From contig CAXXTH010000014.1 in NCBI GenBank assembly GCA_963668025.2, positions 1 to 64,000 on the forward strand: a stretch of 64,000 nt of DNA, given 5' to 3'. The DNA is from Candidatus Hydrogenedentota bacterium (lineage in GTDB: Bacteria; Hydrogenedentota; Hydrogenedentia; Hydrogenedentales; SLHB01). Shown piece by piece: positions 28,077-37,481 of this stretch. Position 1 is the stretch's first letter. Each line of letters opens with the position of its first letter. A model generated the notes under the pieces. It made no database searches. It saw only the letters and a program-made list of their open reading frames with translations, and was not told where the DNA came from. Position numbers and translations under genes: made by a program.

Positions 28077-28731
28077 GCAGTTCCGCCAACAGCGTTAAAT
28101 TGAGCTGCTCCAACGAATCCACGATCAACCGCGCGTGCGCAAGCTGCTCTCGGGAAAACGTATGTGTCACGGCGACACTGGCAATGCCTGCGGCATTCAG
28201 CGCCTCGACGCCTGGCGGCGAATCTTCGACGCCCACGCATTGTCCGGGAGGCAGCCCAAGGGCTTGAGCGGCCTTGCTAAATACCTCCGGATGCGGCTTT
28301 TTATGCACCACCATATCGCCATGAACAAACGCCGCCACCCGTTCCATGGGGATGCGGGCGGCCTTCAGCGTCGCCTCGGCAAGATCTTGGGGCGTCGAAG
28401 TGGCGATAGCTACTTTCCAGTCTTCCCGCCCGAATGCAGCGTCCAGAAGCGTATGGACGCCTGAAAAGGCGATGGATTCATCCCAGTGTTCCATCATGCG
28501 GATCATATTTTCGGTGCGACGCCGCACGGCCTTCGGCGTATCAATCGCAACGCCGTATTTCTCCGCAGGGCCTTCCGTATACCGCACCGCGCCCATGCCG
28601 ACAAATGGCAAGTAATCTTCAGGAACCGGCTCAAAGGCGTACAATTCACGGAACATAGCCGTCGTCGCTTGGACGCATATGCCTTCGGAATCCGCCAATA
28701 CGCCATCCATGTCAAAAATCAGGCCGTACAC
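28069..28731 (-). CDS. HAD family phosphatase (beta-PGM/CbbY-like)
   Basis: FDMDGVLADSE, IATST, KKPHPEVF, VEDSPPG. Confidence 0.9.
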   Translation of the reverse strand: MYGLIFDMDGVLADSEGICVQATTAMFRELYAFEPVPEDYLPFVGMGAVRYTEGPAEKYGVAIDTPKAVRRRTENMIRMMEHWDESIAFSGVHTLLDAAFGREDWKVAIATSTPQDLAEATLKAARIPMERVAAFVHGDMVVHKKPHPEVFSKAAQALGLPPGQCVGVEDSPPGVEALNAAGIASVAVTHTFSREQLAHARLIVDSLEQLNLTLLAELLG

Positions 28732-28780
28732 GAATGTTGCACCTCGCTATACAACTCAACAAAAACGTTTCTCCACTCTC

Positions 28781-28828
28781 GTAGCATGGCCGTCCCGGCC
28801 ATGCGCATGGGCGGGACGCCCATGCTAC
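28781..28828. repeat. REP-like double hairpin, copy 2
   Basis: gtagcatggccgtcccggccatgc-gcatgggcgggacgcccatgctac, with GTAG...CTAC ends. Confidence 0.85.
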
Positions 28829-28842
28829 GGTATTCCATCGTT

Positions 28843-29922
28843 CTAGAGGCCAATCGCATCTAGAACGGCTTGCTCGTTCGCCTCGATGGTCACGGGCTTG
28901 TCGGCGGCGGCGATAGCACTATCGGGATCTTTGAGGCCATGTCCGGTGAGCGTGCATACGGCACGCAGTTTATCCCCGGATACAGGCTCGCCTTGGTCGA
29001 AGAAGCCTTGGCCCGCCAGTTTGACCAATCCCGCCACGCTGGCGGCGCTCGCCGGTTCACAGAAGACGCCTTCGAGAGACGCCAGCATTTTGTACGCGGC
29101 GCGGATCTCGTCATCCGTCACCATGTCAATCACGCCGCCCGATTCATCGCGCGCGGCTTCCGCGGATTTCCAACTGGCGGGATTTCCGATGCGGATGGCC
29201 GTGGCGAACGTTTGGGGCTGCGCCACGGGATGGCCCAGCACAATCGGGGCCGCGCCCGCCGCTTGGAATCCCAGCATTTTTGGCAGATTTTTCGAGCGCC
29301 CTGCGCTGAAGTACTCTCGATAGCCCTTCCAGTACGCCGTGATGTTGCCCGCATTGCCGACCGGCAGCACATGGAAATCCGGCGCTTGGCCGTCAAAATC
29401 GTCCAGGATCTCGAAAGCGCCCGTCTTCTGGCCTTCAATGCGATAGGGATTGATGGAATTCACCAACGCGATGGGATGGCGCTCGGTAATCGCACGCACC
29501 AACTCGAGGGCGTCGTCGAAATTTCCTTTGATCTGGATGACCTTCGCGCCATGGATCATGGCCTGCGACAGCTTGCCCAAGGCGATCTTGCCTTCGGGAA
29601 TTAACACCGCGCAGCGAATGCCCGCCCGCGACGCATATGCCGCCGCCGAGGCTGATGTATTGCCCGTCGAAGCGCACATGACCGCCTGGAAGCCTTCCTC
29701 GACGGCCTTGGTGATGGCCATGGTCATCCCCCGATCCTTGAAGGAGCCGGTGGGATTCAATCCCTCATATTTCAACCAAATCTCCAAGCGCGGATGAATC
29801 GCCGCCGACAGGCGGAGCGCCTGGAGCATAGGGGTCGAGCCTTCATTCAGCGTGATGACACGGGTTTGTGCATCCACGGGCAAAAAACGGCGGTAGCGTT
29901 CGATTAATCCTGGGTTTCGCAT
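28843..29922 (-). CDS. thrC: Threonine synthase
   Basis: [51 protein letters not shown]. Confidence 0.97.
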   Translation of the reverse strand: MRNPGLIERYRRFLPVDAQTRVITLNEGSTPMLQALRLSAAIHPRLEIWLKYEGLNPTGSFKDRGMTMAITKAVEEGFQAVMCASTGNTSASAAAYASRAGIRCAVLIPEGKIALGKLSQAMIHGAKVIQIKGNFDDALELVRAITERHPIALVNSINPYRIEGQKTGAFEILDDFDGQAPDFHVLPVGNAGNITAYWKGYREYFSAGRSKNLPKMLGFQAAGAAPIVLGHPVAQPQTFATAIRIGNPASWKSAEAARDESGGVIDMVTDDEIRAAYKMLASLEGVFCEPASAASVAGLVKLAGQGFFDQGEPVSGDKLRAVCTLTGHGLKDPDSAIAAADKPVTIEANEQAVLDAIGL

Positions 29923-29934
29923 GGCAGTTGCTTT

Positions 29935-31221
29935 CTATAACACGCGCAGCACATGCGCTGGTTCACAGATAAAGTCCATTTGATCGATCTCGTTCAACGC
30001 GGCGCGCAACGAGGATTCCACGGTTTCATGCGACATCAGCACCACATGGACGGCCGCGTTTTCGCAATGCTCTTCCTTTTGAATACACGACGCAATGCTG
30101 ACCCCATGGCTGCCGAGCGCGGTGCATACGCTGCCCAGCACCCCTACTTGGTCTTTGGTGGTGAGGCGGAGATAATAACGCCCGCGCACTTCGCCTATAC
30201 TGCGAATGGAGCGCTTCGGGCCATACACAAACGGGGGAGCTGGCGGCGCTCCATTGCGCCGGGCAATATCGACAATGTCCGCCGCGACGGCGCTCGCCGT
30301 GGGCATGCGGCCCGCGCCCCGGCCATAATACAGCGTGGCGTCCGCCGTGCCGCCCTGGACATATACCGCGTTAAACTCGTTTCGCACGGACGCCAGCAGG
30401 TGCGTCTCCGGCACCAGCGTCGGATGCACCCGCACGTCTATGGTATCGCCTTCATCCCTTACGATGGCCAGCAGCTTGATGAGATACCCCATCTCGCGGG
30501 CATACGCCACATCGGCGTGCGTGACTTTTGTGACGCCTTCAATATGGATGTCATCCGGATTCACCTCGGTGCAGAAACACAACGAAGCGATGATCTGCGC
30601 TTTATGCGCCGTATCATGGCCTTCGATATCCAGATCAGGCGGCCGTTCCGCGAATCCGTTGGCGATGGCTTGTTCGAGCGCGTCGCCAAATTCCAGGCCT
30701 TCATACGTCATGCGGCTGAGGATATAATTGCAGGTGCCATTGAGGATGCCGTACACGAACTGGATGCGGTTCGCGGAAAGCCCTTCGCGCAGCGCCTTGA
30801 TGATCGGGATGCCCCCCGCGACGGCGGCCTCGTAACGCAATTCGACGCCGTTCCTTATTGCCGCTTCATTGAGTTCGGCCCCATGATGGGCAAGCAGCAT
30901 CTTGTTGGCCGTCACCACATGCTTTTTCGCATTGAGCGCCGCCAAGATAAACTTGCGCGCGGGCTCGAGCCCGCCGATCAATTCACACACCACATCGACT
31001 CTGGGATCTTGGATCAGCGCCATGGCGTCCGTACTCGTCGTGACGCCCTCCAGGTTAAATTCGCCGAACCGCTCCGGCATCGTGTCCGCCACATGAACCA
31101 GACAGACATCCACTTGCGCCCGTTCCTGAATGACGCCCCGGTTGGCGAGCAGCGTTTTGATGATCCCGCCGCCAACAGTTCCCGCTCCAATGACTCCCAC
31201 TCCGATGGGCATATTCACCAA
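29935..31221 (-). CDS. hom: Homoserine dehydrogenase with ACT domain
   Basis: GAGTVG, VVTANK, EAAVAGGIP, GILNGTCNYIL, DIEGHDTAHK, GRGAG. Confidence 0.97.
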   Translation of the reverse strand: MVNMPIGVGVIGAGTVGGGIIKTLLANRGVIQERAQVDVCLVHVADTMPERFGEFNLEGVTTSTDAMALIQDPRVDVVCELIGGLEPARKFILAALNAKKHVVTANKMLLAHHGAELNEAAIRNGVELRYEAAVAGGIPIIKALREGLSANRIQFVYGILNGTCNYILSRMTYEGLEFGDALEQAIANGFAERPPDLDIEGHDTAHKAQIIASLCFCTEVNPDDIHIEGVTKVTHADVAYAREMGYLIKLLAIVRDEGDTIDVRVHPTLVPETHLLASVRNEFNAVYVQGGTADATLYYGRGAGRMPTASAVAADIVDIARRNGAPPAPPFVYGPKRSIRSIGEVRGRYYLRLTTKDQVGVLGSVCTALGSHGVSIASCIQKEEHCENAAVHVVLMSHETVESSLRAALNEIDQMDFICEPAHVLRVL

Positions 31222-31330
31222 TCCTTTCTATTCTCCTAGCGCCGGTGTTACAACCCACCCGTCCGGCGCAATGGCGTACAAGTATATACCATATCCGAAA
31301 ATGATGCACATTTCAGGGGCTATTTAAGGG

Positions 31331-31570
31331 CTACACCTCAATAATCCCAAGCAAATCGCCCGTCTTGACTTCATCGCCTTCCTCGACGCATTTTTCCACG
31401 AGAACGCCAGTTTCCGGACTCGGCACGGTGAATGCCGCCTTATCCGTGGTCATCTCGATGAGATCATCTTCCGCCGACACCGTGTCGCCGGTTTCCACCG
31501 ACCAGAACACCACCGTGGCGGCATCTTCCGCCTCTTCGCCCATGCTGGGCAGCCGGACTTCCACTTTCAT
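31331..31570 (-). CDS. Stand-alone lipoyl-domain protein
   Basis: E2-type lipoyl domain with EMTTDKA and VPSP..G. Start overlaps the lipA stop (ATGA). Confidence 0.9.
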   Translation of the reverse strand: MKVEVRLPSMGEEAEDAATVVFWSVETGDTVSAEDDLIEMTTDKAAFTVPSPETGVLVEKCVEEGDEVKTGDLLGIIEV

Positions 31571-32538
31571 GCGGATTCCTCCTGTCTGTATTGCCTTGCC
31601 GCCGCCCGCCGTTCGAGGGCGAAAGGCTCATGCATCATTTCCTCGGAACGGTATGAACTCCGTACAAAGGGCCCCGCTATGGCGAAGCGGAATCCCATAT
31701 CGCGGGCTAATTGTTCATATTCCGCGAATACTTCGGGGCGTACAAACTCCGCCACGGGCTGCTGTTGTTTGGTTGGACGCAGATATTGGCCGATGCCCAC
31801 CGCCTCGCATCCCGCCGCCAACAGGCCTTCCAGCGTACGCAGCACTTCCTTGCGCGTCTCGCCATGCCCCAGCATAAGGGCGGACTTGATGATCGTGGGG
31901 GAGGGGTGGTCCGCCGCACTACGCAGTACGCTCAATGCTTCCGCATAACTGCACCGCATGCCGCGCAGTTTCGGGTAGAGCCGTTCCACTGTCTCGATGT
32001 TGTGGCCGAATACATCCGGCCCCGACTCGGCGATGATGGCAACATGCGCGGCATTCCCCCGAAAATCGGGCGTCAAGACTTCTATCGTCGTTTCCGGACG
32101 CCGTTCCCGGATGGCCCGGACCGTCGCGGCGAAAATCCCTGCCCCGCCGTCTTCGAGGTCATCCCGGGTGACGGAAGTGATCACCACATGTTTCAGGCCC
32201 ATGGCCGCCACGGCCTCGGCCACACGCTCCGGTTCATCCATATCCACTTCGCCAGACGGATTTCCCGGATGGACCGCGCAAAATCCGCATTTGCGCGTGC
32301 AGCGGTTCCCCAAAATCATGAACGTGGCCGTCCGCGCCTTCCAGCATTCGCCCTTGTTCGGGCACTGGGCGCTCTGGCAGACCGTGTGCAAGCCATGGCC
32401 CTCTAAGAGGTCTTTTGTAAACACCGCGTCGCGCCCCTGGGGCCACGCACGCCGAATCCATTCCGGAAACCGTACAGGCGTCTCGCCGGAGCCGGTTTCG
32501 TCCGAAACCGCCCCTTCCGCCTTGTGCGCCTGTTCCAT
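31567..32538 (-). CDS. lipA: Lipoyl synthase
   Basis: TVCQSAQCPNKGEC, CTRKCGFC, ITSVTRDDL, GQYLRP, VRSSY. Confidence 0.97.
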   Translation of the reverse strand: MEQAHKAEGAVSDETGSGETPVRFPEWIRRAWPQGRDAVFTKDLLEGHGLHTVCQSAQCPNKGECWKARTATFMILGNRCTRKCGFCAVHPGNPSGEVDMDEPERVAEAVAAMGLKHVVITSVTRDDLEDGGAGIFAATVRAIRERRPETTIEVLTPDFRGNAAHVAIIAESGPDVFGHNIETVERLYPKLRGMRCSYAEALSVLRSAADHPSPTIIKSALMLGHGETRKEVLRTLEGLLAAGCEAVGIGQYLRPTKQQQPVAEFVRPEVFAEYEQLARDMGFRFAIAGPFVRSSYRSEEMMHEPFALERRAAARQYRQEESA

Positions 32539-32779
32539 AATCTGTCCTCCAAAGTACGATGCGAGGCACAAGACCCCGCCAAAAGAAGAGAAATTATAGC
32601 ATGCTTGCGAGAGAGGTGGGAAGCTGATTTCGCCACGGGGACATGAGAAACACGGTGGAGGCAAATAAGCATGACAAAGCTATTTATCATTATGGCTGCT
32701 CTTGGCACTTTGGCGGTTTCGTCCGTTTATTTGCTGAATAGCAGAGATGTTTTTGAGAGGAAACACATTCGTTTGTATT

Positions 32780-33971
32780 TCAGTTTTCCGGTTGTTCCCT
32801 TGGCTTTTCTACTGGCATCTGGAGGTGGAGGATCTCTCGTATGTCCCGCAGATCTCTAGATTTCGCTAGACCGCAAGAGCCATACGGACCGCTCATTTCC
32901 CGTATTTCCGACTCGACAATCTCTTTCGAATCAGGATTCATAATTACTTGTAGAGTGATGTCAACTTCAAATTCAGGAAAGTCAACAGACATTAGCTCAT
33001 CATCAAAAACTCCGATAAGTTTCCTGACATCTTCGTAACAAGAATCACATCCAGAATCAGGAAGAAACGTAACGAGCAAGGAAGTGCTACAGATGAGGTC
33101 GATAAGGTAGTTGCCTTTAGGTAGCTTGATTACACGTAGGTAGCTTGATTACACGTAGTGGCTTTACCTTGTTCACCGTGAACTGATTGTCAATCATAAC
33201 CCAGCCATGGTCAGGTTCAAGACCGAGAAGCGAATTGGCCCAGTTCTGCGACTCGATTTCATTGCCAAGTGAACTCTTGAGCCAGTCTCGGAGAACACGA
33301 CCTGAGCCTTCATTTCTAGATAGCTCTACAGCAAGATCTGTATCAAGACCGAGATGGGGTACAAGGTGGTTTTCAATGAATGAATCTAGAGACGTTACAA
33401 TTCGTACTCTGTCTGGCGCAATCCCCTCGGACTCAAGATCCTTGGCCATGTCTGGATAGGGTTTTGGCCCTGGACCGAAGTCTTTGGTATTCTCCGTAAC
33501 AAGATAGACTTCATCTACATCACTGTGTGCGGAATGTACCAAAGAAAACCAAATCAGGGCATCTCTATACCCTTTACCGTTTTGGTCAAATGGTTTTCTG
33601 TGCTTCAATGCGCGAATTATCAGATCCTCATGGCTTATCTCAGGTAACGGCAATATATTTATGTGAAGACCAGCCAGACGTCTATCTAGGTATTCATGAA
33701 ACTCCACTTCTTTCTGCACCAATGAATCGCGACTAGGTATGCTAATTTCTGGAGCTTGGACCAATCTGTCCCAATCCGTAGCACACGAATGCAGCTTCTG
33801 GTGTATACGGTGGAGTTCACGTGAATACACTTCGAGTATTTCATGATACGCCACCATTGGTAAGTAGAGTTGCGCATTGGCTGAAGGCGCTACCTCGGCC
33901 AAGACACAAAACGCCGTTCCGTTCATGCAAAAATCCTTGCAGCAGACATTTGCATCGATTATCACCTGCAT
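32780..33971 (-). pseudogene. PIN-domain protein (DUF4935-like), frameshifted by a 19-bp tandem duplication
   Basis: MQVIIDANV, RKPF...GKGYRDALIW, LVTENTKDF. Removing one duplicated unit joins ORF 33117-34067 to ORF 32780-33079. Confidence 0.85.
33118..33155. repeat. 19-bp perfect tandem duplication
   Basis: taggtagcttgattacacg twice. Confidence 0.97.
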
Positions 33972-34133
33972 CTTCCATTCCCCCAGTCTTGAACAGCGCT
34001 CAGGACAGTGAAGTGAATAGCTTACTAGGGTCGAGGAATACGAGACACCACAAAGATTCCTTTTCACATTACCTCTTAATATGAATGTTTATACACAATC
34101 ATCGCCCCTTATAGCAATTCTGACATTGAGTTG

Positions 34134-34466
34134 TTATCGTGGGGTTGCTTTGTTATATGCGAGCAGGAGCATGGCGAGACGACGAAGGGCAAAGATATCC
34201 GGGTAATCGGCACGATGGTAACCCGATGGATGAATCGGGAAGGCCATCGGCTGGAAAAGTTTATGATTACCTGTGTATACAGCAAAGACGTGGACGTACT
34301 AGTTCTAGCCGTTGGGGTCGAGGGTGGGATTGAGGTGCCGTGCAAGGTAAAGCGCGATGTTTCGGAACACGGCATTCGAAAGCTGATTGTCAAGCGCACC
34401 CCGGAAGCGTGCGTCATCTACAATCGACTGTACCGTCATGGGAAACGGGTAGCCCTCTTGGCACAT
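34134..34466 (-). pseudogene. 111-codon cassette-like ORF with two in-frame TAG codons
   Basis: MCQEGYPFPM...LDPNG*N*YVHVFAVY...LLAYNKATPR*. ATG directly follows GTTAGC and the stop lies inside CGATAAC. Confidence 0.5.
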
Positions 34467-34559
34467 GCTAACGTGAAGCTGACCGCGAACCTCGCAGGAG
34501 TTTGGGTTCTTGATTTGAGACATGCTACAAGAGGTACCCATAATCGAACCTCGCTTTAG
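34466..34559. other. Truncated attC-like site
   Basis: tgctaacgtgaagctgaccgcgaacctcgc...cgaacctcgctttag. A TAAC core and one arm are present; the complementary arm is missing. Confidence 0.45.
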
Positions 34560-34619
34560 TAGTGTATCCGGGCAACGGACACACTAACATTGCAGTATTT
34601 GTTCAAGGGCATACTGACG

Positions 34620-35600
34620 TCACTTAAGATAACGCTTAATCTTGGCAGACAGCGTTTGTTTCAGATTCCGTGGATAATAGAGAAGGAATTGTCTGTGTTT
34701 CAGGTCGAAGGGTACGTCTTTTTTTTTCTGGGTAATGCATATGGTGTTCTTACCGATTCCATGGGCATACCCGAGTTCGTAAAACACATTCGGGTTGCAG
34801 CTCGTCAAATCGGCAATGATGATCTCCGCGCGTCCCATTTGCTCATGGATGATATGCATAATTGGTACAGAACTAAAAATCTCGTCAGCCCTAATACATT
34901 TGAAAGGGATTTGTGTTACTTGGTCCCTGACTCCCTCTATTGTATCCTTAAGCACCCGATAGACCTTAGCGAATTTTGACCTGAACGGCATAATCACCAG
35001 GCAGATCTTGCGATTGGCCACATGATCTAGAATCCGCTCAATGCCAATCAGTTCAGGCAGAGTTATCTTGTTTTTGTCAAGTTCGGACAGCAGCAGATTT
35101 CGACAAGAGTAGCAGAACGCACCTTCCTTGATACCCATGTCTATGTCCTCTCGATTATCACAGTAGTCATTCGGGCAGGAATTTGTCTCCATATGAAGAG
35201 CATTTGGTAGGAAAAATGCGGTCATAACCTGTGCGGTCAAGAACTCGAGTCCCGTTACCAATGGAGATTTTGAATAGCTAGACCAATCGTGCGTTGAGAT
35301 AACGCTGCTCCTGTTATCCCTGTTCATTATTATCTCATCAGTGAAAGGGTAATCCCCAATAGCCAGAGGATACTCAGTGTAATGATGATCATGAGCATAA
35401 TTATATACAACTTCTCTTACCCTAGATTCATCGTAAGTTCCATCCGCTTCACGTAGCTTATCTTCAAGCGAAATACGGTCCTCGTTGAAGAGAAAGTGAA
35501 AGGTAGCCTCGGGATTTTGAGTTCCGTTCAGCAAACAACAAAGATTACCGATATCAGTACGGTGATTTGTTCCTAATTCAATCAGCCGGATGTTTTTCAC
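34620..35600 (-). CDS. Two-domain protein: Cys-rich zincin-like N-terminus plus nucleoside deoxyribosyltransferase/TIR-like C-terminus
   Basis: C-terminus CLVIMPF...CIRADE...IIIADLTSCNPNVFYELGYAHG...VPFDL. N-terminus H.ETNSC..DYC....DID......FCYSC. Confidence 0.75.
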   Translation of the reverse strand: MKNIRLIELGTNHRTDIGNLCCLLNGTQNPEATFHFLFNEDRISLEDKLREADGTYDESRVREVVYNYAHDHHYTEYPLAIGDYPFTDEIIMNRDNRSSVISTHDWSSYSKSPLVTGLEFLTAQVMTAFFLPNALHMETNSCPNDYCDNREDIDMGIKEGAFCYSCRNLLLSELDKNKITLPELIGIERILDHVANRKICLVIMPFRSKFAKVYRVLKDTIEGVRDQVTQIPFKCIRADEIFSSVPIMHIIHEQMGRAEIIIADLTSCNPNVFYELGYAHGIGKNTICITQKKKDVPFDLKHRQFLLYYPRNLKQTLSAKIKRYLK

Positions 35601-36135
35601 TATTCATCCTCCTGAACTAATCAGCCCCTATCACTAATGTACGCATATCATTTTGGCATGACTGGTTACAGGATTTCAAGGCTAGAGGCATTTGCGAAAT
35701 AGCGTGGTTTGCGAACGCGCGGACGGTGCGGGCACACGCGGAGCGGTTTTCGCCTGTGGCAATGGGATTACGCCTCCGCTACGGGTGCAATAAATCATGC
35801 AGGAGGTTCGCGTGTAGGACCCTTGCGGCCCGAATGGGCATGGTTTGCCCTTGATTCGGGCCATCATTGCTTGTGCGGATTCGATGTGATCTATGCGGCG
35901 CGGGGCTGTCCGAGGAGCGAGCGCATGCGTTCTGCCTGGCCGGCTTCGAGCCATCCCAGGGCCATGCCGAGCATGACGAGGAGGGCTAATCCGGTGCGGG
36001 CGCGCATCTTTTTCATACCGCGGATGTAGTGGCGCTCGAATCCGTATGCGCCGTCGAGTCGGCTGTTGACTCGCTCGATGGCGGTGCGGTGTTTGTATTC
36101 GCGGCGCCAGGATTTGGCGCTGCGGGGCAGGGGGG

Positions 36136-37481
36136 CATAAGCGCTAACCTTATTTGATGTCTCCTGACGAATCTTCTATACTGGGTGCATGGAAGCAGCG
36201 TGGAATGAGAATTGGCAGTGTTTACAGCGTTTTCTCCCTGCTGGATGGGAGGACAAGGCTCGTGAATTGGGCGCGTGGCACCGCAAGCCTCGTTCTATAT
36301 CGTCGACGGAATCGCTCCTGCGCTTGCTGTTGATCCATTTGGCGGATGGGTGTTCTCTGCGTGAGGCTGTCGTTCGTGCTCGAGAAGGGAATGTGGCGTC
36401 CGTGTCGGATGTGGCACTTCTTAAGCGGTTGCGTGCTTCGGGGGAATGGCTGCGGTGGATGGCCGTAGAGATACTTCAACGTCGCGCGGGACCGTGCGTT
36501 CGGCCTGCATGGCTGGAGTATTACCGTGTTCGCGTCGTGGATGCGAGCGTTGTCTGCGAACCGGGAAGCACGGGAACGGACTGGCGCGTTCACTACAGCC
36601 TATGTTTATACGGTCTTCAATGCGATGAGTTTCATATTACCGGCCCGAAGGTTGGAGAGAGTTTCGCGCGATTCCGAGTCTCGCCTGGCGACCTATTGCT
36701 CGGAGATCGTGCTTATGGGCATCTCAAAGGTTTTCGTTATGTGCTCGGCCATAACGGGAACTTTCTGACGCGTCTTAAGAATAAAGCCTTCAGTCTTCGG
36801 AATGGCGCAGGGAACACCTGTCCACTGGCTGGATTGGTGGCGTCTCTAGAGGTAGGGGAAGTGGGTGATTGGGCCCTGATTGGCCAGGCAAAGGGGCAGG
36901 AGGAGCTGGCGCTACGGATCTGTGCGCTGCGTTTGAGCGAGGAAGCCGCCGCGCAAAGCATCCGCCGGGCGAAGAAAGAGCTAAGCAAGAAGCAACGGAG
37001 TCTGGATCCCGAAACGCTTGTGCTGCATCGCTACGTCATACTGGCCACATCCTTGCCGGATTCAATATCGCCGCACCAGGTTATCGAGTTGTACCGGGCG
37101 CGCTGGCAGGTGGAGTTGGCCTTCAAACGGATGAAGTCGATTATGGGATTGGGACACTTGCCAAAGGAAGACGAGGAGTCGGCCAAGGCTTGGCTCCACG
37201 GCAAAATGCTTGTCTCCTGCCTTGCCCAGGCCATTGTTGATGAGGGGCGCTTTTTTTCCCCCTGGGGATATCCACTGTGACGATATCTACCGCGAGGCCT
37301 CCTTGTGGCGCGAACTCTCTTTCGCCTTGCACCTCCTTCGCCAAGCGGTCAATCCGACGCTTGGATTATCCGAATGCATCAGCCAGTGGCGGGAAATCGC
37401 GAGAGATCTGGCAGAGCCCCCAAGGAAGCGAATGCAACAGTTGCGTGGTTTGATGGAGGCAATATAAGGTTAGCGCTTATG
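36136..37481 (+). mobile_element. Inner IS4-family element (1346 bp)
   Basis: 18-bp TIR cataagcgctaaccttat / ataaggttagcgcttatg. 11-bp target duplication gggcagggggg at 36125-36135 and 37482-37492. Confidence 0.95.
36189..37280 (+). CDS. IS4-family transposase
   Basis: VVDAS, LGDRAY, and the YREK motif YRARWQVELAFKRMK. Confidence 0.93.
   Translation: MEAAWNENWQCLQRFLPAGWEDKARELGAWHRKPRSISSTESLLRLLLIHLADGCSLREAVVRAREGNVASVSDVALLKRLRASGEWLRWMAVEILQRRAGPCVRPAWLEYYRVRVVDASVVCEPGSTGTDWRVHYSLCLYGLQCDEFHITGPKVGESFARFRVSPGDLLLGDRAYGHLKGFRYVLGHNGNFLTRLKNKAFSLRNGAGNTCPLAGLVASLEVGEVGDWALIGQAKGQEELALRICALRLSEEAAAQSIRRAKKELSKKQRSLDPETLVLHRYVILATSLPDSISPHQVIELYRARWQVELAFKRMKSIMGLGHLPKEDEESAKAWLHGKMLVSCLAQAIVDEGRFFSPWGYPL

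Noticed and set aside
28069-28731. HAD next to thrC as a ThrH-like substitute for the absent thrB
   Set aside because: Its motifs fit the beta-PGM/CbbY subfamily rather than ThrH, and thrB may lie elsewhere in the genome.
29953-31239. Long antisense ORFs (e.g. 428 aa opposite hom, 308 aa opposite the kinase, 293 aa opposite gatA)
   Set aside because: Shadow frames produced by GC-rich codon bias opposite well-supported genes, with no motifs of their own.
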